A DNA stretch of 64,000 bases from a virus (Duplodnaviria; Caudoviricetes). The translations under genes and the position numbers were made by a program. Under the pieces are notes generated by a model. That model was given only the letters and a program-made list of their open reading frames with translations, was not told the DNA's origin and made no database searches. This document shows, piece after piece, positions 24,750 through 33,892 of the stretch. Position 1 is the first letter of the stretch. Each line of letters opens with the position of its first letter. The DNA lies in IMG/VR virus record IMGVR_UViG_3300012974_000540, positions 29,343-93,342 of that record. One strand, written 5' to 3'.

Positions 24750-24781
24750 AAAGGCTCGGCCATTCGGTCGGGCCTTTTTTT
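24750..24781 (+). terminator. rho-independent terminator
   Basis: AGGCTCGGCC attc GGTCGGGCCT followed by a T-run. Confidence 0.8.
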
Positions 24782-24793
24782 ATGGAGGGCGCT

Positions 24794-25060
24794 GTGTCGT
24801 CAAAGGATACCTACCACGGGCTCGCGCCTGCCATGGTGAACACGCCCCGAGGGGCCTTTCCCATCGTCCCGAGCGACCATACGGACCTGCCCTTCGTCAC
24901 GACCGCCCTCTGGGTCGGCATGCCGGGCAACCTGACTGTGCTGTTCGCCGGCGCCGCGGCGCCCGTGACGTTCCTGAACGTCCCCGTGGGCCGCTTCCCT
25001 GGCCGCTTCGTGCGCGTCCTCTCCGCCACCACGGCGACGGACCTCGTCGGGACTTACTGA
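24794..25060 (+). CDS. head spike base protein (RcGTA Rcc01079-like)
   Basis: AFPIVPSD.TDL..T.ALWVG..GNL.V..VTF.NVP.G..VRV..TTATDLV. Confidence 0.7.
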   Translation: MSSKDTYHGLAPAMVNTPRGAFPIVPSDHTDLPFVTTALWVGMPGNLTVLFAGAAAPVTFLNVPVGRFPGRFVRVLSATTATDLVGTY

Positions 25061-25064
25061 GACC

Positions 25065-26777
25065 ATGCAAAACCCCAGCGAGCCCGGGCAGCCGCCCTAC
25101 CGGGAGGCAGCGCGCGTGACCCCGATCGACCGTTCCCTGGTGGACCGGCTCCTGGGGGGCGCCCGCAACCTCTTCTCCCCTGAGCGTCCCCCGGCGGTGC
25201 AGCCGGCCGGGAGTGACAAGAAGGAACCCTGGTTCGGGCCTGGCCGCCCGCAGGTGCCGACCGCGCCGCGCGAGGATGTCGCCGGCCGCGCCTTCGACTT
25301 CCCGGTGGGCATCAACACCTATGCCCGCCCGCGCGCCCATGAGGGCGTCAGCTTCGAGCAGCTGCGCGCCCTGGCCGACAACTACGACCTGCTGCGGATC
25401 TGCATCGAGACCCGCAAGGACCAGATGGCGAACCTGGAATGGGCGATCCAGCCCAGGAAGCCGCCCGGCCAGTCGCACCGTCCGAAGCCCTCGCCCCGCT
25501 GCCAGGAGATCCAGCGGTTCTTCCGCAAGCCCGACCGGCACCACTCCTGGCAGGACTGGGTCCGCATCCTGGTGGAGGAGCAGATCGTCCTCGATGCCCC
25601 GGCGATCTACAAGCGGACCACCGTGGAGGGGAAACCCTGGGCGGCGGAGATCATCTCGGGCGACACCATCCAGCCCCTGATCGACGCCACCGGCCGCCGC
25701 CCCATGGCGCCCGACCCGGCTTATCAGCAGGTGCTGAAGGGGGGCGTGGCGGCCAGCTACACCAACGACGAGCTGCTCTATGTCCCGCGCAACCCGAGGG
25801 CCAACAAGCTCTACGGCCTGGGGGTGGTGGAGCAGGTCATCGCCACGGTGAACATCGGCCTGCGGCGCGAGGTCGCCCAGCTCCACCATTTCACTGAGGG
25901 CAATGTCCCGGATGCCCTGATCGGCGTGCCCGAGACCTGGACGCCGATCCAGATCAACGAGTTCCAGCGCTACTGGGACGCGCTGATGGCGAGCGAAGAG
26001 ACGAAGCGGAAGGCGAAGTTCGTCCCAGGCGGCCTGAACTACCTGCCGACCCGCAATGACGCGGCCCTGGTGGACCAGTTCGACGAGTGGCTGGCCCGGA
26101 TCATCTGCTACGCGATGTCCCTGCCGCCCCTGCCCTTCGTGAAGACCTTCAACCGGGCGACCGCCCAGACCTCCTACGACACGGCCATGGAGGAGGGGCT
26201 CGCGCCCATGATGGCGTGGTTGAAGAACGCGATTGATGACCTGATCGCCGACTGGTTCGGGGAGCCGGATCTGGAGCTGGTCTGGGACAACATCCGCAAG
26301 CTCGACCCCACGGAGCAGAACCGCGAGAACCTGCAGCTCATGCAGAGGGGTGTCCGCTCCCTGGATGAGATCCGCGCCGACATGGGCGATGAGCCGCTGG
26401 GCCTCGGCCACATCATGTTCGGCGTCGGCCCGCTCGGCTTCATGTCCATCGCCGACATGAAGCGCTGCATCGAGCAGGGCCTGACGATGCCGCAGAACCC
26501 CATGATGCCTCCGGAGATGGGCGGCATGCCCATGGGACCAGGGGGAATGCCCCAGGGTGGCGAGGCCGGGATGATCGACATGCTCCAGGGGGTGGACCCC
26601 GCCCTGCTGCACACCGTGGGCCTCAGCCCCGAGGGGAGCCTCCTCGAACCCGCCGACGACGACGACGAGGACCTCACCGCCGAGGAAGCCCTGCCTGGGA
26701 GCGTCCATCCCGAGGTGTCCCGCACCCTGAACGAAGTGGAGAGCCGCCTTGGCTTCACCGACGCTCGCGCTCCTTGA
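25065..26777 (+). CDS. portal protein
   Basis: LRICIETRKDQ; YVPRNPR..YG; EWLARIICYAM; NRATAQ; DEIRADMG.EP. Confidence 0.9.
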   Translation: MQNPSEPGQPPYREAARVTPIDRSLVDRLLGGARNLFSPERPPAVQPAGSDKKEPWFGPGRPQVPTAPREDVAGRAFDFPVGINTYARPRAHEGVSFEQLRALADNYDLLRICIETRKDQMANLEWAIQPRKPPGQSHRPKPSPRCQEIQRFFRKPDRHHSWQDWVRILVEEQIVLDAPAIYKRTTVEGKPWAAEIISGDTIQPLIDATGRRPMAPDPAYQQVLKGGVAASYTNDELLYVPRNPRANKLYGLGVVEQVIATVNIGLRREVAQLHHFTEGNVPDALIGVPETWTPIQINEFQRYWDALMASEETKRKAKFVPGGLNYLPTRNDAALVDQFDEWLARIICYAMSLPPLPFVKTFNRATAQTSYDTAMEEGLAPMMAWLKNAIDDLIADWFGEPDLELVWDNIRKLDPTEQNRENLQLMQRGVRSLDEIRADMGDEPLGLGHIMFGVGPLGFMSIADMKRCIEQGLTMPQNPMMPPEMGGMPMGPGGMPQGGEAGMIDMLQGVDPALLHTVGLSPEGSLLEPADDDDEDLTAEEALPGSVHPEVSRTLNEVESRLGFTDARAP

Positions 26778-26990
26778 GCTGGAACGCTTCCACGCCACCC
26801 TGGGGGCGGCCATCACCGACCTCACGCGGGAGATCGATGAACTGGAGGAGCTGGGGGAGGTCTGGCTCCGCTGTGAGGTGCGCCTCCCATCGGGGCGCCT
26901 GGCCTGCCACGACGTCCTGCGTAGCGATCTGGTCCGCTCCCTGTCCCGAACACGCGCTCGCTTCATGAGTGCCATGGAGAGCGCACAAGC

Positions 26991-28892
26991 ATGAACATCG
27001 AGCAGGGGGCCATGCAGAAGGCCCTGGTGCTGGCCGGGAGCGTCCTGGCGAAGGGTGGAGACACCTCCAGGGGTGTCCCCACCCCTGTCTCCACCCCTGT
27101 CCCCACCCTCCTGTCCCCAGGCGTGAATCACCGCAAGGACTTAGGGAATCAGGAAGGTGGGGCCGGTGACTCTTTCGACTCACTCGGGGCCTCGCGCGTC
27201 TGGGGTGTCCCCACGCCTGTCCCCGGTGTCTCCACTGTCCCCACCGGCCTGATCGACGCGCTCGGGGGCTGGCTCGGGAAGTCGGAGATCCTGGCCGAGC
27301 TGGGGAAGGCAGACACGGCGACCCGGCAGCTCAGCGACAAGGAGCGCGAGCAGCGGCGTGCGGCGGCCAAGGCGCGCTGGGCGAAGTACCGGGGCCAGGC
27401 CGCGACGGCCGGGATGGCGCCGGTGCGGATCGGTGGCGACGAGGGGCGGCAGCTTCCGGGTGGGCCTGGGCGGCGGATGACCTCCTCGCTCTACGGCCAG
27501 TACCGGGCGCACAAGGACGCCGAGTTCGCGGACGTGAAGCCGGAGGGCGGGCGCGCGGGCTTCAAGACCTTCGGCTTCCAGCCGCAGCGGCCCAAGGGCA
27601 TGAGCGAGGAGAGCTACACGCAGCTCGCCACGGCGGCCGGGCGGACGGTGAAGGGCCTGCGCGAGCAGATCGCGGCGAAGGCGCAGGAGCGGCGGCTGAT
27701 CCCCGAGGGGACCACCAGCCGGGATTACCGGGCGGCGCTCTCCCACGCCCAGCGGCTCGCGCTGCATGACGTGGGCCTGGGTTCCTATGACTTCCGCATG
27801 GAGGACGAGGCGAAGGGGCGGATGAAGCCCCTGGAGCCCTTCATCCGCTACGCCCGGCGGCGCACCTACTCGGCGCTGCGGGACGAGCACAAGGGCACCT
27901 GGCAGCAGTTCAAGGCGGAGTTCGGCCAGGAGTTCGCCGACCGGCGCGTTGACCTGGAAGGCAACGTCCGGCGGCGCTTCTACCCGCACATGGAGCTGGT
28001 GAGGTCCGAACCTTCGGACCTCCTGAGCTCCGAAGGTTCGGACCTCGGCAAGCGCGTCCTCACCGACAAGGAGCGGGAGCAGCGGCGCGCGGCGGCCAAG
28101 GCCCGGTGGGGCAACCAGCCCCGGAGTGACTATTCGCCGAAGCGCCAGCTGCTCATGCAGCGCTACGGCATGACCGAGAGCGTGGCGAACGCGGTGGGTG
28201 GGCGCTTCAGCGGCAAGTCCCGCCTCTCGGTCGGCGCCGAGGCGGAGGGCAGCTTGCTCCAGGGCCTCTATGCCCCTGGGGCCTCGGGCGCGGCGCAGGG
28301 CCGCAACATCCTCGGCCGCGGGTATGATCGCACCATGAACTCGTTCATGGGGACCGTCCTGACCGGGACGCGGCGCAACAGCGGGCGGGCGCATGTGGCG
28401 CGCCAGCTCTCCGACAGCCGCAGCCCCTACTCCAGCCCGGAGCATTATGGGGCCGGGCTGCCCTCCGCCCACGGCCGCCGCGTGGCCGAGAAGGAGATCG
28501 CGCGGCATGAGGTTGGGCACCTGCTCGACCTCTCCACGGGGCGGAAGCCCGCCTCGCGCACCGGGCAGTTCCTGGATGGGATGCGCCGGGATAGCCGCAG
28601 GGTCATGGAAGGCTTCCTGCGCCAGAACCCCGCGTACAAGGCCCATACGAGCGTCGGGGCGGCCGTGAAGCCGCTCGGCACCAAGGCCGCGCATGTGGTG
28701 AAGATCGTGTCGGAGACCGGGGCCGAGGCGGCGCGCGCCGCCATGAAGTCGCCCGCGGGCCAGGTCTCCTCCGCGCTGCAGGACCCGAAGACCATCGGCA
28801 ACGCCAGCCGCACCATGGCGCGCATCATGCTTCGACGCGGCATCCGTCTCGGCAAGGCCGAGGACGCGGACCTTCTGGAGGACACCCAGTGA
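26991..28892 (+). CDS. modular head-associated protein with two QRRAAAKARW modules and a zincin HExxH motif (start uncertain)
   Basis: LGKAD..LSDKEREQRRAAAKARW; LGKRVLTDKEREQRRAAAKARW; IARHEVGHLLD. Confidence 0.7.
   Translation: MNIEQGAMQKALVLAGSVLAKGGDTSRGVPTPVSTPVPTLLSPGVNHRKDLGNQEGGAGDSFDSLGASRVWGVPTPVPGVSTVPTGLIDALGGWLGKSEILAELGKADTATRQLSDKEREQRRAAAKARWAKYRGQAATAGMAPVRIGGDEGRQLPGGPGRRMTSSLYGQYRAHKDAEFADVKPEGGRAGFKTFGFQPQRPKGMSEESYTQLATAAGRTVKGLREQIAAKAQERRLIPEGTTSRDYRAALSHAQRLALHDVGLGSYDFRMEDEAKGRMKPLEPFIRYARRRTYSALRDEHKGTWQQFKAEFGQEFADRRVDLEGNVRRRFYPHMELVRSEPSDLLSSEGSDLGKRVLTDKEREQRRAAAKARWGNQPRSDYSPKRQLLMQRYGMTESVANAVGGRFSGKSRLSVGAEAEGSLLQGLYAPGASGAAQGRNILGRGYDRTMNSFMGTVLTGTRRNSGRAHVARQLSDSRSPYSSPEHYGAGLPSAHGRRVAEKEIARHEVGHLLDLSTGRKPASRTGQFLDGMRRDSRRVMEGFLRQNPAYKAHTSVGAAVKPLGTKAAHVVKIVSETGAEAARAAMKSPAGQVSSALQDPKTIGNASRTMARIMLRRGIRLGKAEDADLLEDTQ
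27055..27244 (+). repeat. TGTC(C/T)CCAC short repeats, 8 direct plus 1 inverted
   Basis: copies at 27074, 27086, 27098, 27112, 27206, 27218, 27227, 27236; inverted at 27055. Confidence 0.75.
28001..28046. repeat. 18-bp perfect inverted repeat inside CDS
   Basis: GAGGTCCGAACCTTCGGA-N10-TCCGAAGGTTCGGACCTC. Confidence 0.8.
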
Positions 28893-29479
28893 CCGGCAGC
28901 GACGCCTTCACGGCCCACGACAAGACGCTCGGCGTCAGCATTTCCCCAGGATATCGAGCCATGATTGCGCGCGACCCCGACCTCTACCTCTCCATCCCGC
29001 CGAGGGTGGCGGTGGCCCGCTCGAAGGAGACGGGGCTGGTCTATGCCAGCGGGCCCAAGGTGGCGGTGGCGCGCACGGAGGGGTTGGAGATCCGCGAGGT
29101 CAAGCCGGTTTCCGATCCAGAAATCCCGCAAAAGTCCTCGGCCCTGACCGGCCTGCGGCACAACGCGGGCAAGCCTCGGGTGGATCTCGTGGCTCCGTCG
29201 ATCATGACGGCCATCGCGGCGGTGGCGGCGTTCGGGGCGGAGAAATACGCGGCCCGGAACTGGGAAAAGGGGATGGAATACGGGAAGGTCTATGCCTCCC
29301 TGATGCGCCACCTCATGGCCTGGTGGCAGGGGGAGGAGGTGGATGCCGAGAGCGGCCTGCCGCACCTCCACCACGTCGCCTGGAACGTGCAGGCCCTGGT
29401 GGAATACGACCGCCGCCTGAAGGCTGGCACGCTGCCTGCTGAGGTTGATGACCGCCCGCACAAGGCGCTGTCGGCCTGA
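28889..29479 (+). CDS. dATP/dGTP diphosphohydrolase domain protein (DUF5664)
   Basis: GKPRVDLV..FGAEKY..RNWEKG..SLMRHL..GEEVD.ESGLPHL.H..WN. Confidence 0.85.
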   Translation: MTGSDAFTAHDKTLGVSISPGYRAMIARDPDLYLSIPPRVAVARSKETGLVYASGPKVAVARTEGLEIREVKPVSDPEIPQKSSALTGLRHNAGKPRVDLVAPSIMTAIAAVAAFGAEKYAARNWEKGMEYGKVYASLMRHLMAWWQGEEVDAESGLPHLHHVAWNVQALVEYDRRLKAGTLPAEVDDRPHKALSA

Positions 29480-29564
29480 AGCGAAGAACCCCACCCCCTC
29501 GGAGGAGAGCGTCAGGTGGGGTGGGGTTCCCGTTCGCTGCCTTGGGTCTGAGTACCCAGGGCAA

Positions 29565-29882
29565 TCATACACGCCGAGGTTGTGGCTCCAAGCCCGAAGT
29601 CGCATTCATCGGCATGGGAGCCTCCGCCTCCGGCTCGGGGAACAGCAGGGCCTTCGCGGCCTCGGACACCTCCATCATGTCCACCTCCTGGGGCGGGATG
29701 CCCTGGAGGGCCGCGCGCCGCTCCACCAGGCGATGCTCCAGGGCCTGGAAGATCGGCATGAGGACGCGCTCATGCGCGAGTGCGGATCGGTAGCGCTTCT
29801 TGTGCGCGGCGTGGATCTCGTGAACCAGCCGCCGCACGATCTTGTCGTCCTTGTCCCGAGCCGGCAGTCCGAGTTGCAGCAT
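29565..29882 (-). CDS. hypothetical protein
   Basis: AGAGGA SD, 105 aa. Confidence 0.6.
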   Translation of the reverse strand: MLQLGLPARDKDDKIVRRLVHEIHAAHKKRYRSALAHERVLMPIFQALEHRLVERRAALQGIPPQEVDMMEVSEAAKALLFPEPEAEAPMPMNATSGLEPQPRRV

Positions 29883-30156
29883 GGGGCGTCCTCTCTGTGG
29901 AGGGGGGGAGCCTCACGCGATGCGGGCCATGCCGTCAATCACTGGTGTGGCGCGCGAGTTCCCTCGCATGCCGATACCGCCGTTTTGCCCCTGGTTCCAC
30001 GCCGCCCAGTTCAAGCCCTGGCAACATGTCGGGCTGAATGTGGCGGCCCTTGACTGCCTCTGGTCCGCATCCGGTAAGCGTGGATTATCGCATGTTATCG
30101 GCGCTGACCCGCCCCCCGAAAAAATAATCCCATCCCGCCTGGAAAGGCCCCCGCCG

Positions 30157-30342
30157 ATGACCCCAGCCTCCCTGTCGGCCGCCTTCGCGGTCGGCTTCAT
30201 GCTGATGTCCATGCTCAGTGGCGCCATCACCCTGCGGACCCAGCACGAGATGCTGCGCGCCGTGACGCTGATGGCCCTGGTCTTCGCCTTCATGATGGCG
30301 ATCAAGGCGATCCGGCTCCTGGGCGTGGAGCTGGGCCTGTGA
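30157..30342 (+). CDS. small two-TM membrane protein
   Basis: MTPASL..; two hydrophobic segments. Confidence 0.55.
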   Translation: MTPASLSAAFAVGFMLMSMLSGAITLRTQHEMLRAVTLMALVFAFMMAIKAIRLLGVELGL

Positions 30343-30728
30343 GCGGGGGCGACATGCTCGACCAGATCGGGGGCATGATCTCGGCGGTGGTGGTCTCGCT
30401 CGGCCCGCTCGGCTGGTTCGCGGTGGCGATCTGCGGCTACCTCGCCTTCAACTGGCTCTCCGACGTGGCGTGGTCCAGGGCGCGCCACCGCCTCCGGGCC
30501 CTGCGGCGGGCGCGGCGCCCGAAGCTCCCGCCCCTGCCCAGCACCACCCTGCGGTCCGCCGACGACGCCACCGACCGCATCCGGGCCGCCGTGGTGGCGT
30601 TCAACGCCGCCGCCCGCGAGGCCATGCAGCTCGGCCTGGTGGTCGAGCTTTACGCGCAGACGGGCGCACGACCGGGCGTGAAGCCCGCCGCCCCGCGCCT
30701 CTCCGTCGAGATACTGGAGCGGCGGTGA
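30339..30728 (+). CDS. membrane-anchored hypothetical protein
   Basis: N-terminal hydrophobic segment; GTGA coupling. Confidence 0.55.
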   Translation: MSGGDMLDQIGGMISAVVVSLGPLGWFAVAICGYLAFNWLSDVAWSRARHRLRALRRARRPKLPPLPSTTLRSADDATDRIRAAVVAFNAAAREAMQLGLVVELYAQTGARPGVKPAAPRLSVEILERR

Positions 30729-30857
30729 GGGAGCGCGGCGTGATGCAATTCGCTCTCCCCTGGGTGCTCTACCTGCTGGCCGTCCTGGCGATCTTCTACC
30801 TGCCCTGACGGGCGCTCGACGGGGGCCGGAGGCGGCCTCCACAGGAAACCCCCTGCC

Positions 30858-31097
30858 ATGATGACTGTTTCCCTTGTGATGCTGTCCCTGAGCTTCAGCG
30901 GCGTGTTCGTGGCGCTCTGCCACGAGCGCATCCTCCGCGAGCTGCCCTCGCCGTGGCTACGCCGCGCCTGCATTGCCCTCGCCGTGCCGTGCCTCACCGT
31001 GGGCGCCTGCGTGGCGGCGGTCCTGGCCGCCCCGGCCATCGGCCTCTGGATCACCTGGGTCGCGGTGTCGGCCCTGAGCCGCGTCGGGTCGGCGTGA
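30858..31097 (+). CDS. small membrane protein
   Basis: hydrophobic 79 aa. Confidence 0.5.
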   Translation: MMTVSLVMLSLSFSGVFVALCHERILRELPSPWLRRACIALAVPCLTVGACVAAVLAAPAIGLWITWVAVSALSRVGSA

Positions 31098-31420
31098 GCG
31101 CGGTGCGGGATCTCGATGTCGTCGCCCGCGCCAAGGCGCTGCCCGGCTTCGGGGTGCTGCGGCAGGGCAAGGGCGTGGTGCCGCACCATCCCGGCATCGT
31201 CCCCGAATTGGTGGCCGAGGTGGAGCGGCTGCGCGAGGAGCTGGCGGGCGAGCAGCGCCTGACGTCGCGCGACCCCGACCTCGACCTGGCGCTGCTGGAC
31301 CGCGCCCATGAGCGCCTGCTGCGGCTCTGGCAGGCGGCCTTGCGCGCGGAGCGGCAGGACGAGGCGGACGAACTGGAAGCCCTGCTGGTGGCCTCTGGCT
31401 ATGGTTGGCCCCCGCGGTAG
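31094..31420 (+). CDS. hypothetical protein
   Basis: GTGA-coupled ORF. Confidence 0.5.
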   Translation: MSAVRDLDVVARAKALPGFGVLRQGKGVVPHHPGIVPELVAEVERLREELAGEQRLTSRDPDLDLALLDRAHERLLRLWQAALRAERQDEADELEALLVASGYGWPPR

Positions 31421-31559
31421 GCATCATCGCCTTGCGGGTGTTGTGGCATTCGGGCACTCTCGGCTCCGGTGCTTTGGTGCCTGGGCGCCGATCATCTGCC
31501 GTATGGCCCTCGCTGCGTTGCACCGCAGCGGGGGTCGCTTGATTCAAGGAGGGCAGTCG

Positions 31560-32240
31560 ATGCCGCCTGATGCCAGCCAGCCGGATCGCTCCGGGCCGGA
31601 AACCGCGCCGCCTTCCGTCCTCGCGGATGCGTATGACCACGTCACCGCCGCGATTGCGGAAGCGCGCGCCCTCGCGCCCGAGGGTGACGAGGCGGTGGCC
31701 TTCGATGTGAGTGCCGGCATCATGTCGGCTGGCGTCTCCGCCATCGCCGGGGAGCTGAAGCACATGAACCTGGATGCCGGTGCGAAGAAGTACGCGGCGC
31801 AGGTGATCGCTCAGCAGGTGATCCAGCGGATGGATCTGGAGAAGCGCCTGATCAGCATCCAGAACCAGTGGATGCAGGAGGACAGCAGGGACGCCCTCGC
31901 TGCCATCCGCCAGCTCGACGCGGAGGAGGCGGAGGAGGCGGAGGCCATGGATGCGTCCGCCGAGGGCATCGTGGCCCAGATGACGGCGAATGCCGAGGTG
32001 CGGCGAGAGGCCCGCCTCTTCAACCTCATCATGGCGACCATCGAGGCGGAGGACGCGCGGGACATCGCCATCCCGATCCTGGTGAATGCCCTGGCCTTCC
32101 ACCTGTCCCGGAACAGCAGGACGATCCGCGAGGGCCAGGACGCCGTGCATGACGTGGCCGCGTCCATGCGGCAGATCATCCGCGAGCACTGGGACGATGT
32201 TCACTACACGCCGCCCGCCGCCGCCGGAGCGGACCTCTGA
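31560..32240 (+). CDS. acidic helical hypothetical protein
   Basis: AAGGAGG SD before MPPDAS. Confidence 0.7.
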   Translation: MPPDASQPDRSGPETAPPSVLADAYDHVTAAIAEARALAPEGDEAVAFDVSAGIMSAGVSAIAGELKHMNLDAGAKKYAAQVIAQQVIQRMDLEKRLISIQNQWMQEDSRDALAAIRQLDAEEAEEAEAMDASAEGIVAQMTANAEVRREARLFNLIMATIEAEDARDIAIPILVNALAFHLSRNSRTIREGQDAVHDVAASMRQIIREHWDDVHYTPPAAAGADL

Positions 32241-32881
32241 TGTCGGACGTGAAGCCGCAGGGGGCGCCTATGATCGGGCCGGCGGAGGAGCTGCGGACCG
32301 AGATCGACGAGCGCGAGAGGGAGTTGGCGCAGCGGGAGGCGCTGGACGGCCCGTTCGATGACGTGCTGGACGCGGCGATGGATCTCTCCGATGCCGAAGT
32401 GGTTCTGGCCTGCTCCACCCTGCTGGGCCAGATAGCGGCCCGCCGCTGCCAGTCGGACGCTGACACCAACGCGGTGCTCGATCTCTTGCGCGATGAGATC
32501 GAGGAGGCGGTGCATGGCGAGCGGGATCTGGATGAGCAGTTCGGGCTTGATGAGGGCCAGGACGCCGCCGGGCCGCAAGTCCCGCCGTCAGGCGAGGGCG
32601 ATACCTCCGACCAGGAGGGAGAGGATGAGGCGGATCAGGAGAGCGTCGAGCAGCTCGACAGCATGATTTGCTTCACCCGGATGATGGTGCTGTTGCAGGA
32701 GGAGGAGATGCATGTGGGGCTCGCCGCCCTGGTGGCGGTCACTGCCGAATACCTGTCCCTTGGCGCGGCCTCGCAGGAGAGAGCCCTGGACGGGGTGGAT
32801 GAGATGGCAGAGCAGATCAAGGCAGCCATCAAGGATCGGGCCGCGCAGCGGCGGCCTTCCGCGTCCCAGATCCGGCACTGA
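32240..32881 (+). CDS. acidic helical hypothetical protein
   Basis: TGATG coupling; 213 aa. Confidence 0.7.
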   Translation: MSDVKPQGAPMIGPAEELRTEIDERERELAQREALDGPFDDVLDAAMDLSDAEVVLACSTLLGQIAARRCQSDADTNAVLDLLRDEIEEAVHGERDLDEQFGLDEGQDAAGPQVPPSGEGDTSDQEGEDEADQESVEQLDSMICFTRMMVLLQEEEMHVGLAALVAVTAEYLSLGAASQERALDGVDEMAEQIKAAIKDRAAQRRPSASQIRH

Positions 32882-33109
32882 TGCGGCCGCCGCGCAATCC
32901 GTCTCCATCCGATAACACTCCGTTACCGGATGGAATCAGGTTCTCGTCCGAAATGCAGGTGCTCGCGCAGGCACCGTGGTTCACCCGCGCCTATGAGATG
33001 GCGGCCGCCGCGGCGCGTATCCTGGAGGAGAATGGTGTGTCCGACAGCATGACCATCGCCCTGGGGGGCCGCTGGCACCTCATGCAGACCGCGCGCCCGC
33101 TGGCCCGCG

Positions 33110-33361
33110 ATGAGTGACGACGCGAATCCCGGCGTGCCGCGCCGCCGCCCCGACATCACCTTCGCCATCGAGCTGGACCCGGTGGAGCTGACGTGCCGCA
33201 TCGGGGAGGCGATCACGGGCCGCAAGCGCCCGCCCGGCCTGAACGCCGAAGAAGCCCTGTCGCTCTATCCCGACGACCTGCGGAACGTGATGGAGGACGC
33301 CGCCATCACCGCCCTCGAATACCTGCGCGATCAGGTCCAGCACACGCAGCGGCTCCTGTGA
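33110..33361 (+). CDS. hypothetical protein
   Basis: 83 aa, coupled to neighbours. Confidence 0.55.
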   Translation: MSDDANPGVPRRRPDITFAIELDPVELTCRIGEAITGRKRPPGLNAEEALSLYPDDLRNVMEDAAITALEYLRDQVQHTQRLL

Positions 33362-33693
33362 CGGGCACGCCGGGCTATCGCATCCTGCGCATGTCGCTGG
33401 TCGATGCGGGCTTCTCCTGCACCTGCGGCATGCACTGGAACGCCCCGCTCCTCCAGAGCTGCCCCGTGGATGTCTTTGTGGCGGCCACGCAGGGGGTTTG
33501 GTGCCCGCGCTGCGGCCGAGGCCCCCGGCATCTCGTCGTGGGGCCTGTGCATGACCAGGCGGCCTGCGAGCGCGCCCAGTCGATGCCGCAGCCGGACTCC
33601 GAGGAGCGCGCCTTGATCGAGGTGGATCTGAAGCGCGACCGCGAGCTGGAGGATGCCGAGCGTCGGAAAGAGGACGACGAGTATGGTGAGTAA
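33358..33693 (+). CDS. Zn-ribbon-like protein
   Basis: C.CG..W..CPRCG. Confidence 0.5.
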   Translation: MTGTPGYRILRMSLVDAGFSCTCGMHWNAPLLQSCPVDVFVAATQGVWCPRCGRGPRHLVVGPVHDQAACERAQSMPQPDSEERALIEVDLKRDRELEDAERRKEDDEYGE

Positions 33694-33705
33694 TGGGGCG
33701 GGGTG

Positions 33706-33891
33706 TCAGGTGTCCTGCATGATCCGCCGGTGCCGGGTGGCGGCGAGCGCCGCTTCCGCCACCGCCGCTTCCGCCAGTTCGCTGATGGTGCGGCCGCTCT
33801 CGTCGGCGACGAGCTGCAGGCGGTGCAGCGTGTCGGCGTCCACATAGACGCGGAGGAACGTCCCTCCCCGCCCGGCATCGTTCACGGCCAT
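33706..33891 (-). CDS. ribbon-helix-helix (CopG-like) protein
   Basis: LRVYVDADTLHRLQLVADESGRTISELAEAAV. Confidence 0.7.
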   Translation of the reverse strand: MAVNDAGRGGTFLRVYVDADTLHRLQLVADESGRTISELAEAAVAEAALAATRHRRIMQDT

Positions 33892-33892
33892 C

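Noticed and set aside
30157-31097. Holin or spanin lysis cassette
   Set aside because: Small membrane proteins are present, but no endolysin or lipobox is recognisable nearby
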